Part shown: positions 45,914 to 54,816 of the stretch, one piece after another
How the letters are laid out: each line of letters opens with the position of its first letter
Position numbering within the stretch: position 1 is the stretch's first letter
Source of the DNA: Pirellulales bacterium
GTDB taxonomy: Bacteria > Planctomycetota > Planctomycetia > Pirellulales > UBA1268
Assembly (NCBI GenBank): GCA_044376405.1
Contig: JBILKZ010000005.1
Span: forward strand, 1 to 55,035
Direction of reading: 5' to 3'
Length of the DNA: 55,035 bases
Position numbers and translations under genes: made by a program
The notes under the pieces: generated by a model
Seen by the model: the letters and a program-made list of their open reading frames with translations, nothing else
The model's database searches: none
What the model was told of the DNA's origin: nothing

Positions 45914-48434
45914 GCACGACCTGCTTGGCCGGGCCCGGCACCACGTGGGGCGTCGGCAGGGCATCGCTGCCCGGATCGGTCGTCACCTTTCGCCGACCCT
46001 CGCGGAGGGCCTTCTTCCGCTCGATCCGCAGCACGCTCCAACTGAAGACGGCGCCCAGCGGACCCGACAACAACGCCGGCATGAACACCAGATTGCCGAC
46101 CAGCGCGATGGTGAGCATCGCCAGCATCATGTGGCCGAACCGCTGGGTCGGCCCGAACGGCGAGAGCGAGAAGACCGAGAGACCGATGCCGATCACGCCC
46201 CAGCTCTGATACATCGCGCGGGCGCAGCCCTTGTAGGCGAGCATGGTCGCCTGCTTGCGGTCGAGCCCGTCGGCGATCCCCTTGCGGAACCAGAGTATGA
46301 AGTGCACGACATCGTCGACCGTCACGCCGAGCGCCACGCTCGGCGCCATCACGGTGCCGATGTCGATGAGGAGCGTGCCGGCGTCAAGCGACTTGAGCAG
46401 GGCATGGGTCCAGCCCACACCGCCAAACACCATCAGAGCGGGAAACGCAGCCGGTAACAGGAGCAACAGGCCGGCAGAAGCGGCCCTGCAGAGCACGATC
46501 ATCACGACGACGATGATCGCAAAATCGTAGATGAAGCCGATCATCAGGCCGTCGAGCAGCGAGTGCTGGGCCTTGTAGACCAGCGGTACGAGGCCGGTGT
46601 AGTCGACCGACACGCCCTTCACGCCCTCGCTGTCGAGGTCGGCGAGGATCGGGTCGATCTTCGACTGCAGGTCGCGCTTGAACAGGGCGTAGTCGACCTC
46701 CTTGGTCGCACTGACGCGGGCGCTGATCCGCCAGAGTTCCTGCCGCGTGCCATCGGGCAGTTCTGCCTCGCGGAGATAATCACCGGCGAGGAAATCCGCA
46801 CGATGGGCGGTCAGCCGCCGGTTCAGCACGCTCCGCTTGGTCCGCGAGCCGAAGCCGATGGCCCGGGCCGCGGCGCCCCCGATGCTATCGCTATCGTCAC
46901 CGACGTCGAGGCTGCGACCAAACGTGACGGTCGAGAGCGAACTGCCCACCTCGTCGAGGTCGCCGATCTTCTTCTGGATATCGCCGACGAGTTCCATTCG
47001 CTCCAGGAAGTTGAGCGGGCATGTCTGCTGGTCGATCCGCACCAGGATTTCCATCGGCACGAGCGGGCCGAGGTGCTTCTCCAGCCAGTGGTAGTCTTGG
47101 CGGATGCGGGCCTTGGAGGAGAACAGCCGCATGAGTTGCACGCTGCTCTCGACCTGGGTGAGCCCATAGCCCACGCCAGCCATCACGAGCAGACAGGTCG
47201 CCGTAACCAGGCCGTTGTGCTCTGTGATCCACTGCCCGACGCCCCACCACGGGCTCGACTCGACCGGCTTCCAGGCATTGTCACCCTCGTCCTCGGCGAG
47301 TTTGCCCAGCTTGAGCTTCGGCGGAAATAGTTCGAGGGCCGCCGGCATGAACGTGACGAGGATCAGGAAGCTGACCACGACGCCGATGGCGGAGAAAATG
47401 CCGAACATCCTGATTGGAACCAGCTCGCTCACAGCGAGAGTCGCCAGACCGATCGCCGTCGTGCCCGTCGCCAACGCGAGCGGCAGCAGCGCGTGGTGCA
47501 CCGCCCGGCCCGCAGCGCCCTCCACCACACCGGTCTCGGCGAGCTGGTCACGGTAGTAGTTGGCAAGATGGATCGCGCCGCTGGTCGTGGCCACGTAGAC
47601 CAGCGACGGCATCGTCAGCAGGATGGCGTCGACGGGATAGCCCGAGTACCAGACGACCGCGAGACTGGCGAACATGCTGTAGACGCCAGAGGCCAGCACC
47701 ATCGCCACCAGCGTCTTGCTCTTGAGGCTCCACCAGCTGACGATGAAACCGACCACCAGCGACAGCCCGAAGAGAATCGTCACGCTCGTCTGACCGGCTC
47801 GGTCGATCGACACGTTGTCGACCGGAGGGCCGCCCATGTGCACCGTCTTCTCGGGGATCCCGCACTCCCCGGCGGCAACGTCCTTGATGAGATCGATGGC
47901 CCCGTGCAGGTTGGACCGGGCGGCGTCGGACAGCGTCAGGACAAGGCAGGTCTGCCGGGCGTCGAGGTCGTCGGCGTCGCTCCCGGCGACAATCCCCTCC
48001 GCGGCCGGGCCGATGATCGCCCCGGTCAGCCGGGAGATCGCCTCCTCGCGATCGAGGTTCAGCGGCTCATCGGTCATCCGTTCGACGGCCCGGGGGCCGG
48101 TCTGGGCCGACTTAAAATAGAGGGGCCGATCGATCCGAGAGGCTTCTTCCGGAGGGGGAAGCAGTTTCTGGGCGAGCAGTTCCAGGCGGGGGTCGGCCAT
48201 CGTGCAGCCGTCCCAGCTGACCAGGATGAACTCCTCGCCCTGAAAGTTCCGCCGGAAAAAGCGGTAGGTCTGCGTCTCGGGATATTCGAGGGGCAGCCAG
48301 CCCTTCACGTCGTTGCGGTTGTTCCCCTTGGCCTTGATCGCCCCCACGACCACCAATGGCAACAGGAAGATCAGGATCGCCATGATCCAGACACTGTTCC
48401 GCTGGTAGAGATTTGTCCCGGGTTTCGACATCAT
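45906..48434 (-). CDS. MMPL/RND-superfamily transporter (two 6-TM halves with large periplasmic loops)
   Basis: 842 aa. It has an N-terminal TM, then a soluble loop, then a 5-TM bundle, and this pattern is repeated once. Overall MMPL/HpnN-like organisation by eye. Confidence 0.8.
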   Translation of the reverse strand: MMSKPGTNLYQRNSVWIMAILIFLLPLVVVGAIKAKGNNRNDVKGWLPLEYPETQTYRFFRRNFQGEEFILVSWDGCTMADPRLELLAQKLLPPPEEASRIDRPLYFKSAQTGPRAVERMTDEPLNLDREEAISRLTGAIIGPAAEGIVAGSDADDLDARQTCLVLTLSDAARSNLHGAIDLIKDVAAGECGIPEKTVHMGGPPVDNVSIDRAGQTSVTILFGLSLVVGFIVSWWSLKSKTLVAMVLASGVYSMFASLAVVWYSGYPVDAILLTMPSLVYVATTSGAIHLANYYRDQLAETGVVEGAAGRAVHHALLPLALATGTTAIGLATLAVSELVPIRMFGIFSAIGVVVSFLILVTFMPAALELFPPKLKLGKLAEDEGDNAWKPVESSPWWGVGQWITEHNGLVTATCLLVMAGVGYGLTQVESSVQLMRLFSSKARIRQDYHWLEKHLGPLVPMEILVRIDQQTCPLNFLERMELVGDIQKKIGDLDEVGSSLSTVTFGRSLDVGDDSDSIGGAAARAIGFGSRTKRSVLNRRLTAHRADFLAGDYLREAELPDGTRQELWRISARVSATKEVDYALFKRDLQSKIDPILADLDSEGVKGVSVDYTGLVPLVYKAQHSLLDGLMIGFIYDFAIIVVVMIVLCRAASAGLLLLLPAAFPALMVFGGVGWTHALLKSLDAGTLLIDIGTVMAPSVALGVTVDDVVHFILWFRKGIADGLDRKQATMLAYKGCARAMYQSWGVIGIGLSVFSLSPFGPTQRFGHMMLAMLTIALVGNLVFMPALLSGPLGAVFSWSVLRIERKKALREGRRKVTTDPGSDALPTPHVVPGPAKQVVHA

Positions 48435-48646
48435 GCCGTCCAGACAGGGACCGCCCGGGGGTGCCGGGGGTGGAATTTCCGTTCGTCAGACATTCAACCG
48501 TACAGGGGTTTTCCTGGCCAGTCCATATCGCTCGGAGGCCTCAGGGCCTGTTTTCCACATATGTTGGATGACGTAAGTGTTTCTAGGGGAAGACCTTACG
48601 CCGACAACAGCCCTTCCCCAGCCCGTACAAACCCGACAGCCCGACC

Positions 48647-50035
48647 TCAGCCTCGCACGGAGTCAGCTGCCCGGAAGCCGCACGATTTGTGGGAACCGTC
48701 GCAAAACGGCCTGGTCTGCGTATGGCCGCAGCGGCAGAGGGCAACGGCCCGCTTGCCAACGGGAAGCGGAAACGCGTTCCCGTGATGATCGGTGACCCGG
48801 AGGGACAGTGTCTCGAAACGCTCGGCGGTCGGCATTTCGACCACCAGCGGACCGTCCTCCCGGCAGCGGATCGTGAGGCTATCGGGCGGCAGGATACGTG
48901 GTCCGCTCTCAGCCTTGGAGCCTGCCTTGTCGGCTGTTCCGCCAGTTGGCCCATGGCCTGGGGCGAAGCGAGGGCCAGGGCCGCCCGGTCCAGGCGGCGG
49001 CTGTTGGAAGGTCCACCACCAGAGAGCGGCCGCTGCCGCCAGGAGCACCAGCGACACCAGCTGCGAGATCGAGAACGGCGTTCCCAGGGCGGGCGGCTCA
49101 TCAACGCGGATGGCCTCCAGAAGCAGCCGGGAAATCGGGTGAAGGGTGAGCACCAGCGCAAACACCTGACCGTCCCGCCGGGCCAGCGGGGTGGCCGAGG
49201 CCAAGCAGGCCAACGCCGCCAGGATCGCTGCATCGACCGCGGCGTAGAGTTGCGCCGGATGCACGGGCAGGCTCCACGGGCGACCGCCGTCGGCCGCCAC
49301 GGCGGGCAAGAGCCCCCGCGCGGCCTGGTCGAGCCACGGAGGGCTCTCCGGCGGAAACCGGACAGCCCAGGGTAGATCACAGGGCCCCCCGTAACAGCAG
49401 CCATTGAGGAAGCAGCCGATCCGGCCAATGGCCAGACCGACGAGCAGCCCCGGGGCAATGCAATCAGCCAGCCGCGGCAACGACAGACCCCGGCGGCTGG
49501 CAAACCGCCAGGCAGCCAGTGCCGCCGTCGGCAACGACCCAAACACCACCAGCCCGCCGGCCGCGACATTGAGCACAGCCGCAAGCGACTCCGGCCAACT
49601 CCGTCCGGCAGCGAAGAATTGATCGTGGTATTCGATCACATAGAAGAGTCTCGCGCCGACGATGCCCCACAGAAACACCTCCATGCCCAGTGCGAGGATC
49701 GTATCGGCATCGAAGCCCATGCTGCGGCCCCGCACAATCGACAGCCAGGTGCCAGCCGTCGCGGCGACCAACAGCATCGCCCCGTAGCCCCGCACCGGCA
49801 CGCCCTGGCCGTCGTCGAGCGCCGGAAGTAGCCAGAGGATCGTTGCCGCGGTGATCGCCAGCGGCGCGGCCAGTGTTTCAAGCGCCGCCCGCCACCCGTG
49901 AGCAGTGGCGGTTCGCACGAGCATCACGGCCGCCACGATTCCCCACACGGCCAAGAAGAGTCCGAAGCCAACCAGCGGCAGCGACGTTCCGCCCACGGTG
50001 ATCCGCGTCGGGATGTGAAAGAGTGTTGACAGCAT
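48647..50035 (-). CDS. lgt: Prolipoprotein diacylglyceryl transferase fused to a C-terminal CDGSH iron-sulfur domain
   Basis: Residues 1-343 are Lgt (GRIGCFLNGCCYGGPCDLPWAVRFP, PVHPAQLYAA). A Pro/Gly linker spans 344-380. Residues 381-462 contain GPLVV...CRCGHTQTRPFCDGSH (nt 48689-48736), which matches C-X-C-X2-(S/T)-X3-P-X-C-D-G-(S/A/T)-H exactly. Confidence 0.88.
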   Translation of the reverse strand: MLSTLFHIPTRITVGGTSLPLVGFGLFLAVWGIVAAVMLVRTATAHGWRAALETLAAPLAITAATILWLLPALDDGQGVPVRGYGAMLLVAATAGTWLSIVRGRSMGFDADTILALGMEVFLWGIVGARLFYVIEYHDQFFAAGRSWPESLAAVLNVAAGGLVVFGSLPTAALAAWRFASRRGLSLPRLADCIAPGLLVGLAIGRIGCFLNGCCYGGPCDLPWAVRFPPESPPWLDQAARGLLPAVAADGGRPWSLPVHPAQLYAAVDAAILAALACLASATPLARRDGQVFALVLTLHPISRLLLEAIRVDEPPALGTPFSISQLVSLVLLAAAAALWWWTFQQPPPGPGGPGPRFAPGHGPTGGTADKAGSKAESGPRILPPDSLTIRCREDGPLVVEMPTAERFETLSLRVTDHHGNAFPLPVGKRAVALCRCGHTQTRPFCDGSHKSCGFRAADSVRG

Positions 50036-50928
50036 CAGCGGGCCAGGCCTTGATCGGGTGTGCTGCGGGACTCGGAAGTGCCACGGCCGCGAAGTTCACG
50101 GTTGTCGATGAGCCGCGTCGACCCCAGCCGACCAGCCACCAGCGCCACCGCGTGCGATGCATCAGCAGTGAGTGGTTCGAGCGATTCGGGATCGGCGAGC
50201 GCCGCATAGTCGACGACGATGCCATGGGACTCCATGGTCTTTCGCATCGTCTCTTCGATCGCAGCAGCAGCGGCACCGGCAGCCCAGAGCTGCTCTGCCT
50301 GACGGAGGCACTCCGAGATCGCGGCGGCACGAGGGCGGTCGGCGGCGGAGAGATAGGCGTTCCGCGAACTCATGGCGAGACCATCCGCCTCGCGCACGGT
50401 GGGGCAGACGACGATCGCGATTGGCAGGCCGAGGTCGCGCACCATCCGTCTGACGACGAGCGTCTGCTGCCAATCCTTGGCGCCGAAGTAGGCAGCGTCG
50501 GCCGGCACGGCCTGGAAGAGCTTGCAGACCACTGTTGCCACGCCGTCGAAATGTCCCGGCCGCCGCTCCCCTTCAAACCGCACCGCCGGCCCACCCACGA
50601 CGATCCGCGTGGCGTCTCCAGGCGGATAGACGGCCGATACCTCCGGCGCGTAGATCCACCTCACGCCGTGCGGCGCGAGCTGCGCCGTGTCGGCGGCGAG
50701 CGTCCGCGGATACCGAGCGAAATCCTCCTGCGGACCAAACTGCGTCGGATTCACGAAGATCGAGACGGCAATGTCATCGCAGTCGCGAGCCGCCCGGGTC
50801 ACGAGGCTCACGTGGCCCGCGTGCAACGCTCCCATCGTGGGCACGAATCCCACCCGTCGACCGGCGGCCCGCGCCTCGACGACGAGCGCCCGCATGCGAT
50901 CGGGATCGTGCACGATCTGCTGCATCAC
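50035..50928 (-). CDS. panC: Pantoate--beta-alanine ligase
   Basis: RVGFVPTMGALHAGHVSLV...VSIFVNPTQFGP.EDF..YPR... 297 aa. The stop shares 1 nt with the lgt start. Confidence 0.93.
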   Translation of the reverse strand: MMQQIVHDPDRMRALVVEARAAGRRVGFVPTMGALHAGHVSLVTRAARDCDDIAVSIFVNPTQFGPQEDFARYPRTLAADTAQLAPHGVRWIYAPEVSAVYPPGDATRIVVGGPAVRFEGERRPGHFDGVATVVCKLFQAVPADAAYFGAKDWQQTLVVRRMVRDLGLPIAIVVCPTVREADGLAMSSRNAYLSAADRPRAAAISECLRQAEQLWAAGAAAAAIEETMRKTMESHGIVVDYAALADPESLEPLTADASHAVALVAGRLGSTRLIDNRELRGRGTSESRSTPDQGLAR

Positions 50929-52040
50929 GCCATCGCCTCGACGACGGCCACTGCTTCCTGCACCGCCTGATCGAAATCCCCGGCAGCGATCGTCACCACG
51001 GCCCGTGGCCCAGCCGCGGCACTGCTCTCGGAACAGCGGATCTCGGAGGCGATCCGTTCCTGCAGTCGCAGCAGCCTGACGACCGCTTCGTCCGTTGCCG
51101 CGCCCACCGCCCTGCCCGCTCGCCGGCCGGCGCCGACGCCGGCGGGTTCAGCCGGCTGCCGGTCACGCACGGCGATCTTCGCCTCGAGCAGCTCGGGGGA
51201 GGCCACCAGCAGGATGGCGACGTGTGGCAGTACGGTTTGCGCCGCCATCCGCGTGAAGTGACTCTCAAAGCCACCCAGTGACTCTGCCGGCAAGCTATCG
51301 ACCGCCGCCAGTCGCACGGTGTGCAACCAGTAGTCAGTGACGGTGCCGTGTGGATCCGGCGACCACCGCTTCGCGTGCAGGGGCTGCGCACAGGCCTCGA
51401 CCGCGTGCCGCCAGGCCAGATCGCCCGCGGCTGCATCCAGTCCCGTCGCCCTGCCACCGACGACGGCGTATTCCGGCGGCGCCGAGACCAGCCGCGCGAG
51501 CGTGGCATGGGCCACTGCGGCCGCGACCTCGGCCGCCCCCGCGCCCGGCACGCCGATCACCGCCACGTGCGGGTGCGGCGACGAGATGCTTTCGAGCAGA
51601 TCCTCGAGCGTACAGGCGGCCAACGGGTGCACGAGATCCGGGGCGATTTCCACGCACGGCTCGAGCACGAACCGCCGGGTGACCATCCGCGGGTGCGGCA
51701 ACGTCAGCGTTGCAGTATCGAGGACGATCTTGTCGTAGAGCAGCAGGTCGAGGTCCACCGTCCGCGGGCCCCACCGCTCGCCGCGTTCGCGATCGAGCGT
51801 GTTCTCCACCGCCGCGAGCATGCCAAGCACATCGTGCGGAGCCAGATCGGTCTCGAGCAGGCACGCGCTGTTGAGAAAAACACCTTGCCCGGGCGGACCG
51901 CCAATCGGTCGGGTGTCGCGGTAGCGGCTCACGCTCACGAGCGTGACGCCCGGCATGAACCGCAGCAACTCCATCGCTCGATCGAGATACTCACGCCGTT
52001 TTCCGACGTTCGACCCGCAACCGACAAGGCATCGTGCCAT
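50925..52040 (-). CDS. folK: HPPK (2-amino-4-hydroxy-6-hydroxymethyldihydropteridine diphosphokinase) fused to a deoxynucleoside-kinase-like domain with degenerate P-loop
   Basis: N-terminal ~160 aa: GSNVGKRREYLDRAMELL...GERWGPRTVDLDLLLYD...LTLPHPRMVTRRFVLEP. The C-terminal ~200 aa begins VAVIGVPGAGAAEV, where a Walker A would have GKT/S. The stop overlaps the panC start in ATGA. Confidence 0.8.
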   Translation of the reverse strand: MARCLVGCGSNVGKRREYLDRAMELLRFMPGVTLVSVSRYRDTRPIGGPPGQGVFLNSACLLETDLAPHDVLGMLAAVENTLDRERGERWGPRTVDLDLLLYDKIVLDTATLTLPHPRMVTRRFVLEPCVEIAPDLVHPLAACTLEDLLESISSPHPHVAVIGVPGAGAAEVAAAVAHATLARLVSAPPEYAVVGGRATGLDAAAGDLAWRHAVEACAQPLHAKRWSPDPHGTVTDYWLHTVRLAAVDSLPAESLGGFESHFTRMAAQTVLPHVAILLVASPELLEAKIAVRDRQPAEPAGVGAGRRAGRAVGAATDEAVVRLLRLQERIASEIRCSESSAAAGPRAVVTIAAGDFDQAVQEAVAVVEAMA

Positions 52041-52555
52041 AGCGTTTCACACCAGAGCGCTTCTACCCGGCGGGCTTCTGCCCAGCGGCCAAGCACCCCG
52101 ATTCTATCCGCCGGCCACCCTCCAGGATCAACAACGCCGCACGAACCTCCCGCAAAAGGCTGGAAAACCAGCCAGACAAACCGTTCAATCATCGCTCGAA
52201 AACCGGGGGGACATCCAGGCCACGACCAAAGTCGCCGACTGTCGCTCCCTCCAGTCGTCGCCCCCGAAATTTCCGAGACGATTGTTCGTCTGTGTTCGTC
52301 AGTGTTGGTTCAGGTGACTCAAGGCCCAGACGCCTCAAGGCCGCGTTCGCGTGACACCCATGTCTGCGAGTCGCGATCACCTAACGGGGGTCATTCTGTG
52401 AACCCCTTCGAAGATGTCAAGGACGTTCCATCGCGCACGACGTGCGCGCCGACTCACTCACACAAAACCTCCGCAGAAGAAAGCCGTTCCGCACCAAAAA
52501 AAAATTTGCCAGCAGTGCAAGCATTGTCGAAACGGATTCGGGATGGTGTGCTTAC

Positions 52556-53551
52556 ATGACGAAGAACATCGCAAACGACGGCGTTGACTGCATCCGACCA
52601 CGCATGGCGCATCATCTCATGGTCCATTTTTCTTCCCACGACGACAATGCATCGGCCGCCGAGAGACGGCTGTCCCGCGATTCCCGACGCGGGCTTGACG
52701 AACCGCTGCCCGCAGCGCTGTTGCCGGATGGATTGCCACTCGGAGAGCCGCTTCCGGATCCGTTGTCCGACGCTGCGGATACCGACCCACTGGCAGACAC
52801 GCCGGAAAATGTCCCCACCTCGGGCGAGTCGTATTGGCAACTCTCCCGCACGCCGCTCACGAGCCTTGTTTTTACGCTCCCATTGGTCCTGGCCTACGAG
52901 GGTGGCGTGCTGCTCCTTGGCCGTGGATCGCCCCGCAATGGCGCCGATGTCTGGCTCCGCCACCTGCTGGATGCCCTGGGATTCGGCCAGTATTTCCTCC
53001 TGCCACTGCTCACCGTTGTGGGGCTGTTGGCATGGCAGTATCTCGCGCACGACCGCTGGAGAGTGAGCCTGGCCGCGTTGCCGGGCATGGCGGCCGAATG
53101 CACGCTCTGGGCGGTCGTGCTCGTCGGCATCGGGCGGCTGCAGCAGAGCCTCTGGCCGTTCGATCCGGGCCTCCTCGCGTGGGAATACCTGCAACTGCAC
53201 GGCGATGCCGGATTCGGCTGGCATGCGCTGCTGGCCAGACTCGTCGGCTTCTGCGGCGCAGGCCTCTACGAGGAAGTGCTGTTCCGGCTCCTCATGCTCC
53301 CCATCGCCGTGTGGGCATTCGAGCGACTGGGGTGCTCGACGCTGGTGGCCGGATTCTGGGCGCTGGTGCTGTCGAGTCTGCTCTTCAGCGGCGCACACTA
53401 CATCGGCCCGCTCGGCGACTCGTTCACACTCTACAGTTTCACGTTCCGCACCGTGGCGGGCCTGTTTTTCGCGCTCCTGTTCCTGCTCCGCGGCTTCGGC
53501 ATCGCCGCAGGCACTCATTTTTTCTACGACCTCCTGGTCGGGCTGGTGTAG
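52556..53551 (+). CDS. CPBP (CAAX/Abi) family intramembrane metalloprotease
   Basis: Motifs GLYEEVLFRLL, LLFSGAHY and GTHFFYDLL are present. The protein has an acidic Pro/Leu-rich N-terminal tail. The start is uncertain (52556 or 52604). Confidence 0.75.
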   Translation: MTKNIANDGVDCIRPRMAHHLMVHFSSHDDNASAAERRLSRDSRRGLDEPLPAALLPDGLPLGEPLPDPLSDAADTDPLADTPENVPTSGESYWQLSRTPLTSLVFTLPLVLAYEGGVLLLGRGSPRNGADVWLRHLLDALGFGQYFLLPLLTVVGLLAWQYLAHDRWRVSLAALPGMAAECTLWAVVLVGIGRLQQSLWPFDPGLLAWEYLQLHGDAGFGWHALLARLVGFCGAGLYEEVLFRLLMLPIAVWAFERLGCSTLVAGFWALVLSSLLFSGAHYIGPLGDSFTLYSFTFRTVAGLFFALLFLLRGFGIAAGTHFFYDLLVGLV

Positions 53552-53701
53552 TTTCCGCAGGGACACCGCTGAGACTCAGGAACTTTGCATCCGGCTTGGT
53601 GCCGCCTGCGGCAACGATCTATAATCGACGCGTGGTAGGAAATCGGAACGTGGCAGCCGGCCGAGTGCGGCTGGCTGCCGTCGAGCGTCTCGTGTCTTCC
53701 T

Positions 53702-54256
53702 GTGGAGTGGCATCTCGTGCTGTCGGCTCGTCCCAAGGTCGCTGAATTGGTCTTCCAGCTCTATGGGCGGACGCTGCATCCCGAGCTCTTCGAAATCCAT
53801 TGCTCGCGCACGATCGACCGCGGCGGGTATACGGCGGTGGTGGCGATCACGAATGCCGGTCACCTCGTGACCTGGCGGAAGGACGGCCTGACGCTGACTG
53901 AAGTCGCGGCCGACAGCGGCCAGCCCCTGCCCCAGAAGCGGCGGCTGCTCTCCCACCGGCTCTGCGGAGAACGCAGCGACCGCATGGAGTGCCGCGGCGG
54001 TGCCTCCTATCAGATGTGCTTCCAGTTGGAGCGGGTCGCGCCGGAGGTGTTCTGGGCGTTCCAAGAAGAACTCGCCGCCGAGGGCCGCAAGCATGGCCTG
54101 CTCCACCACTTCAGCTCGTCGGGGCGACTGGCGACGGGCGCCCTCAGCTGGATCAATATCGAAACCCGCGCCAAGGGGCTCTCCGTGCAGGCATTTCACA
54201 CCTTCCCGGACGATCACGCGATCGTGAAGAGCCAGTCGCTCTTCGAACTGCCCTGA
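53702..54256 (+). CDS. DUF2617-like hypothetical protein
   Basis: 184 aa with a GTG start. VFQLYGRTLHPELFEI resembles the DUF2617 N-terminal signature as I remember it. The family name is tentative. Confidence 0.6.
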   Translation: MEWHLVLSARPKVAELVFQLYGRTLHPELFEIHCSRTIDRGGYTAVVAITNAGHLVTWRKDGLTLTEVAADSGQPLPQKRRLLSHRLCGERSDRMECRGGASYQMCFQLERVAPEVFWAFQEELAAEGRKHGLLHHFSSSGRLATGALSWINIETRAKGLSVQAFHTFPDDHAIVKSQSLFELP

Positions 54257-54302
54257 AGTCGCACCGTCTCTTCACAACCGCTCTCCCCCCAAGCTCTGCA
54301 CG

Positions 54303-54806
54303 ATGCCCACGCCCAAACCCGGTTCCCCGAAGACGCCCGCCCCGACTCCCCGCAGCCGCGTGTTGATCGCCGACGACAACGAGCCCAACCGCGAGCTGCT
54401 GGAGGTCTACCTGGCCGAACTCGACTGCGAGATCGCCACGGCGGTGGATGGCCGCGACACGCTCGACAAGGTGGCCTCGTTCCAGCCCCACGTGATCCTG
54501 CTCGACGTGATGATGCCGAAGCTGTCGGGCTTCGAGGTCTGCGAGCGGCTGAAGTCGGACTCGGCCACCAGCCCGATCATGATCCTGATGGTGACGGCGC
54601 TCGGCGAGCTTGGTGACATCGAGCGGGCGGTCGAGGCCGGCACCGACGACTTCCTGTCGAAGCCGGTCAACAAGGTCGAGCTCGTGAAGCGTGTGGAGAA
54701 CATGCTCAAGCTCCGGCACGTCAGCGACGAACTGGAGCGGCTGCGGAGCTACATCAGCACGATGGACGACGAGCTGCCGCCCCGCCAGTCGGGCCACGGG
54801 AAATGA
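54303..54806 (+). CDS. Single-domain response regulator (CheY-like receiver)
   Basis: RVLIADDNEPNRELLEVYL...HVILLDVMMPKLSGFEVCERLK...ILMVTALGE...GTDDFLSKP. Confidence 0.9.
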   Translation: MPTPKPGSPKTPAPTPRSRVLIADDNEPNRELLEVYLAELDCEIATAVDGRDTLDKVASFQPHVILLDVMMPKLSGFEVCERLKSDSATSPIMILMVTALGELGDIERAVEAGTDDFLSKPVNKVELVKRVENMLKLRHVSDELERLRSYISTMDDELPPRQSGHGK

Positions 54807-54816
54807 GTCGTTGCGC

